A stretch of DNA of 64,000 nucleotides. Origin: Bugula neritina (taxonomy: Eukaryota > Animalia > Bryozoa). Below, in pieces: positions 14,538-53,482 of the stretch. The notes beneath the pieces were generated by a model, which saw only the letters and a list, made by a program, of their open reading frames with translations, was not told the DNA's origin and searched no databases. The translations under genes were made by a program, and so were the position numbers. The DNA lies in NCBI GenBank assembly GCA_964035545.1, contig OZ037766.1, forward strand, positions 4,206,722 through 4,270,721, read 5' to 3'. Position 1 is the first letter of the stretch. Every line of letters begins with the position of its first letter.

Positions 14538-15642
14538 ACAGTGGCTTCCTTGGCTGATAGAATCCACTGTCAGATATATTATCACAAAAGCAAACCAGTG
14601 TCATAGTTACTGAGATATTTGTTTATCTATTGAAACTCTTTCTTATACTTTAACATTTGATTTGCCAGTATTTGTTATGAAATTGAATTGCGTGAGCCCT
14701 GATTGGTTGTCTGCTAGGTTGAAAGTTCAAATGAAATATTCAAAAGCATACACATATTTTGTCATGACTGTTATGTTTATTCTTTTAACTTTTATTTATT
14801 GCATCTCATTGGTCCTATGACTCACACTCTCATTTGCCAAATTAATTTTTTAACAACTAAACATGTACACAGAATGTTAATTAAGTTTTACATTATAATA
14901 TATTGTTTTATAAAAAATAAAAATTCGAAAAAAGCCTATCTTTTTCAGTGCCTATTATCTAAAATTGACATACTAGAAAACTGCCTCAATACTCTATTGA
15001 TGTTCTATAATGTATCGAAAGATTAAAACTAAAGCCAGGTTTTAGCTCAGACTTACAAATCTCAAAAAAATTACTTCTGGTTTTCCCAAGCCCACATCCA
15101 AATAATTACAGTCTAAAATTATTTTTAAAATATATTTTTGTAAGGCTTTGGTTGGGGGGGGGGGGTAAAAGAGACATTCTAAAAGTTTTTGTCAAAGTGC
15201 TAATATAGTAGCGTATGGTATTGAATAAATAGTTTGTCAATAGTGACTGGTTTTCCACTGCCTTCACAGAAGTAGGATGAAAGTGCTCCACCATTACAAT
15301 GTTGCCATGTAAACTATTGGTAACCAACTAGCGCACTCTGTCTAAGTAATCAATGGCTGAGATTTCATTGAGAGATTAACTAATTCGGTAATGTTATCAG
15401 CTGCCATGTTTGTTTGGTAAAACGTTTGTGTATTTTGGGAGGGTTGGCGGTGGCGTAGACACATATTTGTTATTTGATAAACTTAAGTTGAGCTTTCATG
15501 TGATAAGAAACGAGTTTGAAATCCCCCGCAGTTATGTGGTAACAGTGTGTGACCAGTACGCACACAAACTGCACTCTTTCTGGGCATATTCTGTGAGACT
15601 AACTACCTGAAACTTAGCCTGTTGAGAAGTGCAGCTGCAGTA

Positions 15643-42722
<27,080 letters not shown>

Positions 42723-44488
42723 CTTTTTTCTTTACTTGCTTTTGCTTCATAAATATTTATTCGATAAAATAAAATTATTGTTTTTGCCAAATGACACATT
42801 ACTAGTTGAATTGATAAAGAGGATAATTTTCTCTCTCTCTAATATTTATATAAGCAACTGGTCTTGCTAAATATGGCGTTAGCTGTGTTTTTGCTGTGAG
42901 CAAAAAATAGTTTATATAGATACCATGTTTTAGTTTTTTCCTATGTAGAGATATTGCATTTAGCTCTTGCTATACACAATATTTTCTGTCATAAAATTGT
43001 GTCTATGCATATAGTGCGGTGCATTTATGAATCACTGCAAATATACTAGTGTAAACTTATTGTGTGCAGTGCATTAGCAATGCCAGGTTTGTGTGCTTTC
43101 ATGTATGAAGTAATAAATTCACTACAAATATACATAAACAACTCTGTGCTTGTGTGTTGTACAATTATCATGTGCTCTTCAAATAAATTACAAAATACAA
43201 CCAGTAGAGTCTTTTACTTTGTGGTTTGAACTCTCTGCTGAAAGTTTCTAGTGTTACACACGGCTGGTGTAAAACATGTATAAACATATTTTATATTCTA
43301 TCAGTTTCACAAGATTTCTGGCCATGATCATCAGAGGGCAAAGTGCAGCTTATCTGAGTTTCATACCTTAGAAACCAGTCGAGCAGCAATTTCCTATGCC
43401 TATTGCGTAACGTTTAGCTGCCATCTAGTCACTAACTATCTTGATTAGTGAAAGTTGTCTGCTGCAAGTGCTCTTCATAAATACTATGATTTCCCCAGAA
43501 GTTTTAAGTTAGAAAATTGATGAAAGCAGCACCGAGTTGGTGGTCAAAGAGTAAATTCGTTGAGGGTGGGGGGAGGGTGGGTTAGAATAACTGTTTGTAT
43601 AGAAATCCTGTACTCAGTCACTTTAAACACGGTGCTGCTTTTAACAATGTTCTTTAAATTAACTTGTAAGAAAAATAAACTTAGTTTCAACTCATTACAG
43701 TACAGAGTATTAACACAAATATGACAGAAAGAATACTCGAAACCTTAGGGGTACCAAATGAATAATATTTCATGTACAATGTGTTTGCTCTACGAAAGTC
43801 ACATGATTTAGCAGCTAGGACCATGCATTCTATCACACACTAATAGCTATAAATGATTCACGTAGGTAAATATTATAGACAAATGCAGTTGGTTACTCCC
43901 AAGTGAAAGATTAATAATGGTCTAGATAAGAAAGTCACGCCACTTTGGTAGATAACATTCTTTTAACACAGCAAATAATGAACCTGTATTGAAACCCTGC
44001 AAAATATTCACACCCACATATAGTATGTTTAGCCAGGATTTTAATACAATCATTTTAATACCTTTATGGTGGTATCATCCTTATATTATAAGCTGAGCCA
44101 ACATGATTAAAGGATTGTTCACAAGGCATGCATATAAGGAATTTACTAGACTAGATAGTTGAATAGATATGATTCATAGTCGCCTGACAATGGCAATCCA
44201 AAAAAATGTAAAAAAATATGTGAAATGTAAGTAAATTCATTTCAAATTGGCCTTCCTAATAAGTTAGCATTTTTTAAACTTTGTTGCCTCTAGTAAACTA
44301 TGCCTGTCAGTTTTATTGTATGTCACTAGTTGAGCATTCCATGACATTTTCCATTTGAATAATAGTTTAGGAGTTGTCATATAATGTACTGCTGGCAGAG
44401 GCCATTAGAAATACTTAGGTTTAGACTTCAGTAGATCAACAGTTTTGCACTACTATATGCTTCAAAGAAAATTGATCACATGTTAATG

Positions 44489-47400
44489 TTATAGCCTGCT
44501 ACTTTGCTCTTTATCGTTGTTGTTTTCTAGCACACTGTTTCTGGGAGAAGCTTGAACTTCTACATCATAGTTATAGGGTATGCCATCTCTCTCCTCTATG
44601 CCTTGACTCTCATCCTTCTTGTTCATCCTATTCCAAATAATAAGTAGAATACAGTGAGGGATAAATCATAATATGACTATATGTGAAAAATTCATCTACA
44701 AAAGATTAATTCTCAGCATTGACGAAGCGTTATAATCTAAAGAACTTCAAGTTAGTGTGTTTTACTTGCAGAAATAACAACTACTTTTAGACATATATTT
44801 TGAATTTTCTATAAATAATTCAGACAGTTAAAATAGTATAAAAACTTAATTAATCTGAGAGATAAGCGTTATAACTTTCTTGTTGCTCTTTGACTTTTTA
44901 CAATCTGCGTCAATTAATTATGACAATTTTTATTAATAGACATCATCTTACAAAAGAAATGCACAAGCATTTCAAGCATATAACAGAAGTCTGCTAACCT
45001 CTTAGTGACGCAAACAGTAATGATTACTCCTAGTATCAAGATTCCAACCACTGAAACTGTAGCACCTATGACTACGTCATCTTTAGGCTTCCATACGTGA
45101 ACTGTAGTGGTCTGTAAGAGATTACAGAATGATGTGATTGTGAAGATGTGGTACAATAAGTTTATATATACATTATATAAATTATAAACACTGTGTGTGC
45201 GTGTGTGTGCGGTGTCTGCGCATGTGTGCATGGTGTGGTGTGGTGTGGTGTGCGTGCACACAATGTATTCAAGCGTCTTTCAGTAACTCATTGCTATAAA
45301 AGTTATACTTTAACATACATGTATATATATTTTTTAAAGGAATTTCTACAAATGAACCATTTTCTTCGGTGCCAAATGTTATGTATATTTGATTCATTTC
45401 TATAGTAAAATTTATCTATCGGTAATGTTGCATTGTAATTTATATAAATACAGAATCTTACATATCCATAATAAATAGAACCTGTTGCCTAATGCATGCT
45501 TTTTGCTTTGTCTCACCTTGGGTGCATCCGTATTTTTCACTGCTGGCTTATATTCCTCAAACTCGAAATTGTTGTTATTGTATACAGTTGCGAATATGGA
45601 GTATGGAATGTTGGTCTCAAAGTTGTAGCCAAATTGAAGTGAATCTTCTTTCACTACTTTGGCGAGCTCGTCGGGAGACTTGACCTTCAACTTCCAAGAT
45701 ATCTCAGTGAGCTGAATAAAGCTGGAAAAGATAGTTCAAACTTAGCCTGTAACCTTGGTACATGAAATGCATATAAAGGTTGGCACGTTATTGACTAGTT
45801 CAGTTATAGTAATTAGTCAAATAGTGTGAGCAAGTGCCATAAGTTAATAAACTGTGATACAATATTTTTTGAGGTGCTGAAAATAAGCCAGGGCAGAATT
45901 AGTGTATTAATTCATACAAACATCAGAATTAGCAATAATTTTACACAAACTACTGTAATGCTTCATTTTTTAGATGTAAGTATCAAAATTTTATAAATAA
46001 ACTAATATACCTGAACAAGTATTTGAATATTAAAATACATCTGGAAAAGTAGATTTACTAGGAAGCAGTTTGTTATATTTGATGGTGTGCACTAGCCGCT
46101 CCATATTTAAATTTTAATAAGTTCATTTGTTCCTACTTGCTATTTTGCCAGAACTGCCATCTTTAATGTTGAGTCATGCTCAAACTTCTTCAAGTATACT
46201 TGTCAATAAAATTTTAGTTCAGAAAAAGAAATGATACAGACTCTGACCTTGAAGGTCAAGGTTAACTATAGATATTTGGCATGTAGTTGTGTTATATGTT
46301 CCCACTTGCTGTTAAAAAGAAATTATTCTATTATTTTATATTATTTATTCAACTAACTTGACGCCTTTAGGGAAGCCGATCAAGCGTTTTATTATAGCAA
46401 TGTTCTCTAGAGTGAAATTTCTTCCAATCAGCGTCTTGTTTAGTGCATCAGTAATGGCAGGCTCCTGGTATTCCTGCAGGTGCCCCAGTAAAGCAATTGT
46501 TAACTCCAAGTTGTAGTTAGGATCATTCTGATGGGGTGCAACTTTAACTGTAAAATTAAATATGGTAGGAAATAAACATGTTTTTATGGTGTTTAAAATG
46601 GTTGCTATAGCATTTGAAATAATTGTTATTTCCTTGTTCACTTCAGAAATGAGTAAATCTGTTCATAGATACAGCGTGGAATGTCATGTTAAAAATAATA
46701 ATAAAAGAAAAATTTGTCAAAGCATTCAATATATACTTTGCATCTGTTATACATTATAGCACTTTGAAAGTCTTAGGTGGAGTGGGAAGGGGACTGTTTG
46801 TTATAGTTAGTTTGAATTGCAAGCACAAGGCATACATTCTACACGTTATCATGGTATACAATATAATTATGTAGTCTATTCTATAAACAGTATAGTTAAA
46901 GTTTACATTTATCATGCAAAGAAATTTTGTTACTGATCAGAATGTTAAATAAAAAGCATTAGCAAGGTTTCATGCTCTTATACAGTAGTATCTTGTGAGT
47001 TACAGATTTTTGAGGAGTTAAATCATTTTATTCTCAGAGTTGATTACCTGCTTTATTAGGTTTTAATATCCTAAATCTCCTGGTGATTGGCACTGTGGCT
47101 AGTTTGGCAGTGGTTGGCGCAGCTGTGGTTGGTGCGGTTGTGGTTGGAGTGGCTGTGGTTGGTGCGGTTGTGGTTGGTGCGGTTGTGGCATTTGCGGTTG
47201 TGGTTTGTGCGGCTGTGGTTGATGCGGCTGTGGTTAGAGTGGCTGTGGTTGGTGCGGTTGTGGCATTTGCGGTTGTGGTTTGTGCGGCTGTGGTTGATGC
47301 GGCTGTGGTTAGAGTGGCTGTGGTTGGTGCGGTTGTGGCATTTGCGGTTGTGGTTTGTGCGGCTGTGGTTGATGCGGCTGTGGAATTTACGGCTGTGGAA

Positions 47401-47495
47401 TTTACGATTGTGGCATTTGCGGTTGTGGTTTGTGCGGCTGTGGTTGATGTGGCTGTGGTTGGTTCAGTTGTATTTTTGTTTGCTTGGGTACATAC
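44489..47495 (-). CDS. Sialomucin-like type I membrane protein (Thr/Ala-rich mucin region, globular spacer, TM, tail ending SSRL); 5' end unresolved
   Basis: Minus-strand exons 47495-47048 (VCTQANKNTTEPTTATSTTAAQTTTANAT..), 46547-46358, 45721-45517, 45111-44999 (TM VVIGATVSVVGILILGVIITVCV) and 44627-44489 (MNKKDESQG..DKEQSSRL*) have compatible phases (1,2,0,2). A candidate signal-peptide exon at 49121-49073 (TLANLQLLLGCYLLLN) does not phase-match directly. Confidence 0.75.
47100..47465 (-). repeat. Coding 15-bp tandem repeat (5-aa units TTAAP/TTAAQ/TTTAN/ATTAP) with a 75-bp higher-order period
   Basis: gcggctgtggtt/gcggttgtggca/gtggctgtggtt units on the + strand; a 75-bp block recurs at least twice. 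Confidence 0.9.
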
Positions 47496-49555
47496 CTACA
47501 TGCAGATGACTTCCATTAATGAAATATTGACTGATATTATATAGAGAGCTATATAATTATACGGCATATATATCATTTTACAAATTAGGCCTATATTATA
47601 TTAATTTTAAAAAGTTAGTAACGCATTTTGTTGTACGATAATGTCATAAATGACCTGCCTAGAAATCAAATGCTGGTGATGTATCATATCTAATATCATA
47701 TTACACCTTCGTAATATTTAGCTTTGTAAAATGTTCATAAAGAAAATATATTTGGCTAATTACAATATATAATAAAGAATGTCTTCTGATACAATAGTAT
47801 ATATACACATTATTATTTTATATTTTGTTTTTGAAGTTAGCCTCTCATGTCTAGTTGTTACTAATATTTATATTTGTATATACATTTTACAATGAATTGC
47901 ATAACAATATTGCAAAGTTAACAAGGCATACTATGCTTTAACACACAAAAGATTTAGCCTCAATCAATAAATTTTAGAATCCTTGACATGCACTTCTACA
48001 GTTTGTTTTAGGGTTGTCTTCTCAAATGATTTTGTGAACAGTGATTAGTATTGGTCACACCTCATATTTCAGAACCTAATGAAAACTTTGATGAGCATGA
48101 GCACAAAATTATTATGAAACTAAATTGTTTGAGCATACACCATCACAGCATGAATCTAAATAAATATTTTAATATTGCATAAATCAAGTGTATCAAACAT
48201 TATAGTCAAGAAACTGATGTTAGTCAGTGTCAGGTGATATGTGAACTACCATTTTTTTAAAAACTCAAAACCCATATGCTAAAGTAAGACAAAACTTATC
48301 AGACTAAATTTTTACATATTAATGACTGACCTCTTACTTTCCCAAATCTATTTTGTGTTTAGCATGCTTACTCTTGAATAAAATCAGCAAAACTGAAACT
48401 TGCTGCTATACTTTAAAAGCGTTTATACCGTGTATCATGTTAAGGCATTGACTCTCTAAGTACTATACCGTCATGACATGCTAAAACTCTTAAAGTTACA
48501 CTAAATATCATGAATAGAGGACCAGAAAAATTTTCAAATGAGCCTGTGTGACAATACTTGTGCTCTAGCCTGCAATGGCTTCCATGGTTGGTTGGATAAT
48601 AAAATAAAATGGTAAAGCCGCGCAGCTAGTGAAGATTTTTATGTTTTGAATGAAGTACAACAGTTAGAATATTCACAAGTAAAAAGAACATAACTAAAAA
48701 GTCAATTAATAGTTGGTAAAATCTTAGATGAATGGCAATATTTTTTCCAAATTATCGTATTTCATACAGCTATGTATTTAATAAAGAGAAGTGGAAACTG
48801 ATTCAAATATTTGATAAAAAAATTCCTATAAAGAACTAGTAAATAAAAGCGCAGCACTGTTTTTTATGTAATATTATGTATTAATTTTTTTTTACTTACT
48901 TGAGTAAAAAGTAGAGCACTTAATACTATAAGTAAGCTGTGAAACTTCATTGTTCTCTAATAACTTAGAACAGAACCAGCAGGTAAAGCTCAGCTTGTGA
49001 GTTGATGGAGGCAGACTGTTACCCCATATTACAACACGCTCCCTTATCAACATAGACAAATATTAGCTTTACCATTTAGCAGTAGGTAACAGCCCAGGAG
49101 CAGCTGCAGATTGGCTAACGTCTAAGATAAGACTAATGCTTTATCATGAGGTTATGATGTTTAATAATATATTTTCTTTTACCATGTATAATCGACCCAC
49201 CCTGTTTGTGCGCAACGATGTTTCTACTTATACTTAGTTGCCTTATTCTAGAATCTAGATCATATAATAGGATTGATCGAGAATTTAAATTATTACATCT
49301 TTCTGCTGCACGCAAGTGTTTAAATATCACTGGGGTGACAACTCCTTTTTCATTTACTGTACCTCAGGAGATGCTACTTTTGAGTAGTGTTAGCAGTCAT
49401 TTTTTTTTAAATAGTTCAGCGCTGCTAGATAACTCTCAAAGGTGTTTTGGCCTTGGTGGCCAATCTTATAATGACAAGCCAGTACTGAATACTTATATCA
49501 TATGTGTAGCGTTGAGTTTACCCAGTGGTCCCCGTGGTGTAATGGTTAGCACATT

Positions 49556-49753
49556 GGGGCACAATGGGCCAGTTTTTTCCGTTTTTCATCATGAAAATTT
49601 CGTTATTCTGAAGGTTGTAAAAGATATAGAAACAACAAACTGATACCTGGAATAAACAACTAGTGTAGCATGTAGACTAGAGATTATTGAAATAGTAACT
49701 TGAAAAACAGACGAATGAGAGCAAAAAATCTAAAATTCGGCCTATTGTGCCCC
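49556..49753. mobile_element. Putative MITE (~200 bp) with ~21-bp imperfect terminal inverted repeats
   Basis: GGGGCACAATGGGCCAGTTTT at the left and AAAATTCGGCCTATTGTGCCCC at the right. No clear target-site duplication; it abuts and truncates the tRNA-like copy at 49505-49553. Confidence 0.55.
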
Positions 49754-51699
49754 CTCCCTCTTACCCCTATAGTTAACACTAGCATAATTACAAACTTTTT
49801 AAATGTAGAGGAGTATATTAAGGCATTTGTACGAAAGAGTCAAATTTTACCTGCATTGAGTTCATGTATTCTAATAAAACCTATTATTTTCAACATTGCA
49901 TTGGACAATGTATATATTTTAATCTAATAGATAATGTAAGTTATAATTAGTAAGTGTAAAACTTAATTATGGCCGCTTTAGCTGTATTTGCAGAGTTATC
50001 TATCCTTTCAACACTATGTTTGTAATGGAATCGCTAACGTGGTCCTTGAATGTCCTCTAGACTTTTGATATTTGAGGTTTCTTACCTCATAAAAACATCT
50101 ACAGAATGCCGTAGCGCTCAATTAACAATAATATGCAAACGTGCAAGAAAGTTCAAATAAATCTCGTTTTGTTTAGGAACACCGGTTGCATTTTTTAGCG
50201 TTTAGAGCTGTGAAATCTCAAGTTATACACACCAAATTCAATGAATTTGTTAGAAATAAATCATTAAATGTGCTACACTTATATTTACAGTTACTATAAA
50301 TATAATTCGATTGACAATTATTATTAAAGTCAAACTGAAGCTGTTGCGTTGGGGAACCTTCCGTACTAAAACTAAGACTAAGTTAGTGTTAAGAATACTC
50401 ATACTGAATAATTGAATGAATAGAACTTCCAACTTGAACTGCTAGTAGTACTAGTAGTAGTACAGTAGTACTACTAGAAGTAAAATTAAAAATATAACTT
50501 ATTAACTATAAGTACTACTACTAGTAAAGTACTAGTATAGTGTGAGTAACTGTAAGACTAAGTCAAAGTGAGTAGGAGATTCAGATTGAGATTGGAACTG
50601 AAAGTCCACCCGGAGTAGAGAGGCAGAAATACTACTAGTAGACGTAGTACTACTCACTCTCAGTAACACTAACTGTAAGTATTAGCATAACTATAAGTAT
50701 AAGTACAACTATAAGTACAAGTCAAAGTAAAACAGTAATATTAATGCCAATAGTAATACTAATAGTAATCAGTAATGTAATAGTAATACTAATACTAGTC
50801 TTAAGACAGTATCAGTATGACTATGAGTATGAGTATTAGAGTTAACTGGTTTGATGAATGATGACCAATATCACTACCACTGTGAGTATGATGATAATTA
50901 TCATTATCATTGTGATTGCTATACTCAATTTTAATCACAGAATATGATTATTCTGATGCTAATAGTAATACTCATATTCAGACTGATAGTTGTTGTGTCA
51001 GCTATTGTCAGTGTGATTTTAATCTAGGTAGTACTAGCAATGGGTAGAGTGGTTATACTTATAATGAGCTATCCTGTACTGCAATGATACCTATTATAAT
51101 AATAATCATTATAATTAAAGTAAAAGATATTTTTAGGTTTACAGTATCATGAACACCTACTATAAACATTATCAAATGATTATTATTTATTTTTTAGCAA
51201 TCAATAACTTGCAAATAATGATTACTAAATATATTTAATTTTATTATTTAATGTAATTATTTAAACAGTTATATTGATGGTCATTTTTACAGTGATATGT
51301 GAGTAAGTAGAATGGATATTCAATTCTAAATTTAGTCTACAATCCAAAGCCAATGGTATTTTAAAATTCAGCTCAACCGCAATACCTATGACTATAAGTA
51401 ATTAAATACCCAACTAAATAATTATCACCATCATGAAGAGAATATCACTCTGTATTATCATTATGATATTGCATTTATAGTGAGTGTGACTGTGAGGTTC
51501 TGTATGAAAATAGTATACTCAATAACAATCATTAAAATTAAAGCTTGGTATATATAGATTGCAATGACTTCAAAATTTAGTTCAAGCACTAACCTCTTCT
51601 TTGTTGACCTAATAAGTAGTATGGTGAAGTGTTATTTTCAAATTATTTTCTTTCTAGTGTGCAGTTCTTTTCAATTTGCTTCACTGAGATATTTTTGAG

Positions 51700-53196
51700 A
51701 TGTCTTCAAAGTTGCTTCGCACTATAGAGAAATATGCTCAGTATCACCCTACGGCTCTCTCACTCCAGAATTTCATAGAATTCGGTGCACAAGCTGGCTC
51801 GGGCACTGGTATGAAATAACATATAAAATAACATTGCAATATTACCTAGACATAGGTGAACTGTGAATGTCAATGTAGCTGTGTGTAAAATCCTTTGAAA
51901 AAGTTTAAATGTTTGAAACTCTTGATTAAACTGTGATAGAATCTAAAATCTAAACCATGAAACTTATTTATCATTCAATTCAAAGTTTTGCTAAAGACTC
52001 TACACTCCTAGATATAGCCACCAGTTTTGATATGTGCTAATCGTATGCTGTTAATAATAACGTTGAAAGATATAAATGACTTTCTCATGATCAAAACTGA
52101 GTCCTGAGTAGAGGAAAATGTAATCAGTTATAAGTTTATTATGTTACATACACCTAATAACCTGATATGTTTATTGCTACCAACTCAAACTGCTTACTCT
52201 AAAAGGGACTATTGGCAAATAATGTTATTTTGAATATTCTTGTGTTGAATAATAATAAATGAATTTTTAAAGGTTAGTATCAATGCTTATGTTAGCTGCT
52301 AGCTATTTTATTCTCTATGTTACTGTTTTCTGTTAGTTGGTGTAGCTGCATGACCACTTTAAAACTTGAATTTAGTTTAAATTTCTTGTTGCAAGAAATT
52401 CTAAATTGTCGAAGTTTCAACTAATTACATGTTCTGTGATAGACTTCTTGAAAAGGAGCAAGAAAAGTAAGTCACTTGTATCAAGTATGTCTTAACACAG
52501 GCTGCTCTCTTATCCACCTAGACTGGTAGTTGTTATCATTTTAACCACTAACTAGTGTGTAAACTATGCTAAGCTCTTTTATATGTGGCTGATAACCTCC
52601 CTGCCTCTTTCTGTTAAGATGTCTCTTCTCTTTCGTTACTGAGAGTGGATATTGCTTCAATCCCTCCAAAGCTCTTTTCTGACTTTTTATTTGTGTTCTT
52701 CTTTCAGCATGAACATGCTGGTGTGTTCCTACGTGTTCATTTCTGTCTTTCGTCAGTTCTATGTCTCTTGTAATATAATTTACTAGAAACTAAACTAATG
52801 GTGAAAGTAAGAGGTTAGGATAATCTTGACTCATGTACTGAAAGCTCTATAGTCTAAAATCTAAATCCTTGAGGAACGAAAATATTAGGCTTTTTGGGGG
52901 GGGGAGGGACTTAGTTAGCCTATGAAATTTCTAACTAAGTACAAAAAGGCACCTGTTGCCTGGTGCCATATCTACTATCACGGGCGACTTTCAAGGTGTC
53001 TACATGCTAACCTACCTGTCAGATACTTACTGACCACAGATACTCCTGTAGGCACATGCAGGCTTTCAGATAGCATTAGTTCTACTGGATATATGAATTG
53101 TGGACATTTGTGTGTGTATAAGACAAAAATCTTTCCTTTTATTTCATATGATGCTGATAGACCACACTATAAAAGTTCTCTGCTGAGTTTTACCTG

Positions 53197-53281
<85 letters not shown>

Positions 53282-53418
53282 TCTATAATTAAAAATGAAT
53301 CAAAAGAACTCAATATTTCGAAAAATAGAGTATTTATATTTGGTACTATGTGAAACAATATTGTAGTCAATAGAATGAAGATCTAAGTTTATTTTTATAT
53401 CCAAAATTGTATTAGTAC

Positions 53419-53482
<64 letters not shown>

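Noticed and set aside
44489-44500. C-terminal SRL as a peroxisomal PTS1
   Set aside because: The protein is a glycosylated single-pass membrane protein, so a PDZ-ligand reading is more plausible.
47083-47544. Plus-strand Val/Ala-rich and Leu/Trp-rich ORFs
   Set aside because: Antisense shadows of the minus-strand Thr/Ala mucin exon, which has proper splice sites.
49206-49643. 145-aa plus-strand ORF
   Set aside because: Non-ATG start, no recognisable motif, and it runs through tRNA-like and MITE repeat sequence.
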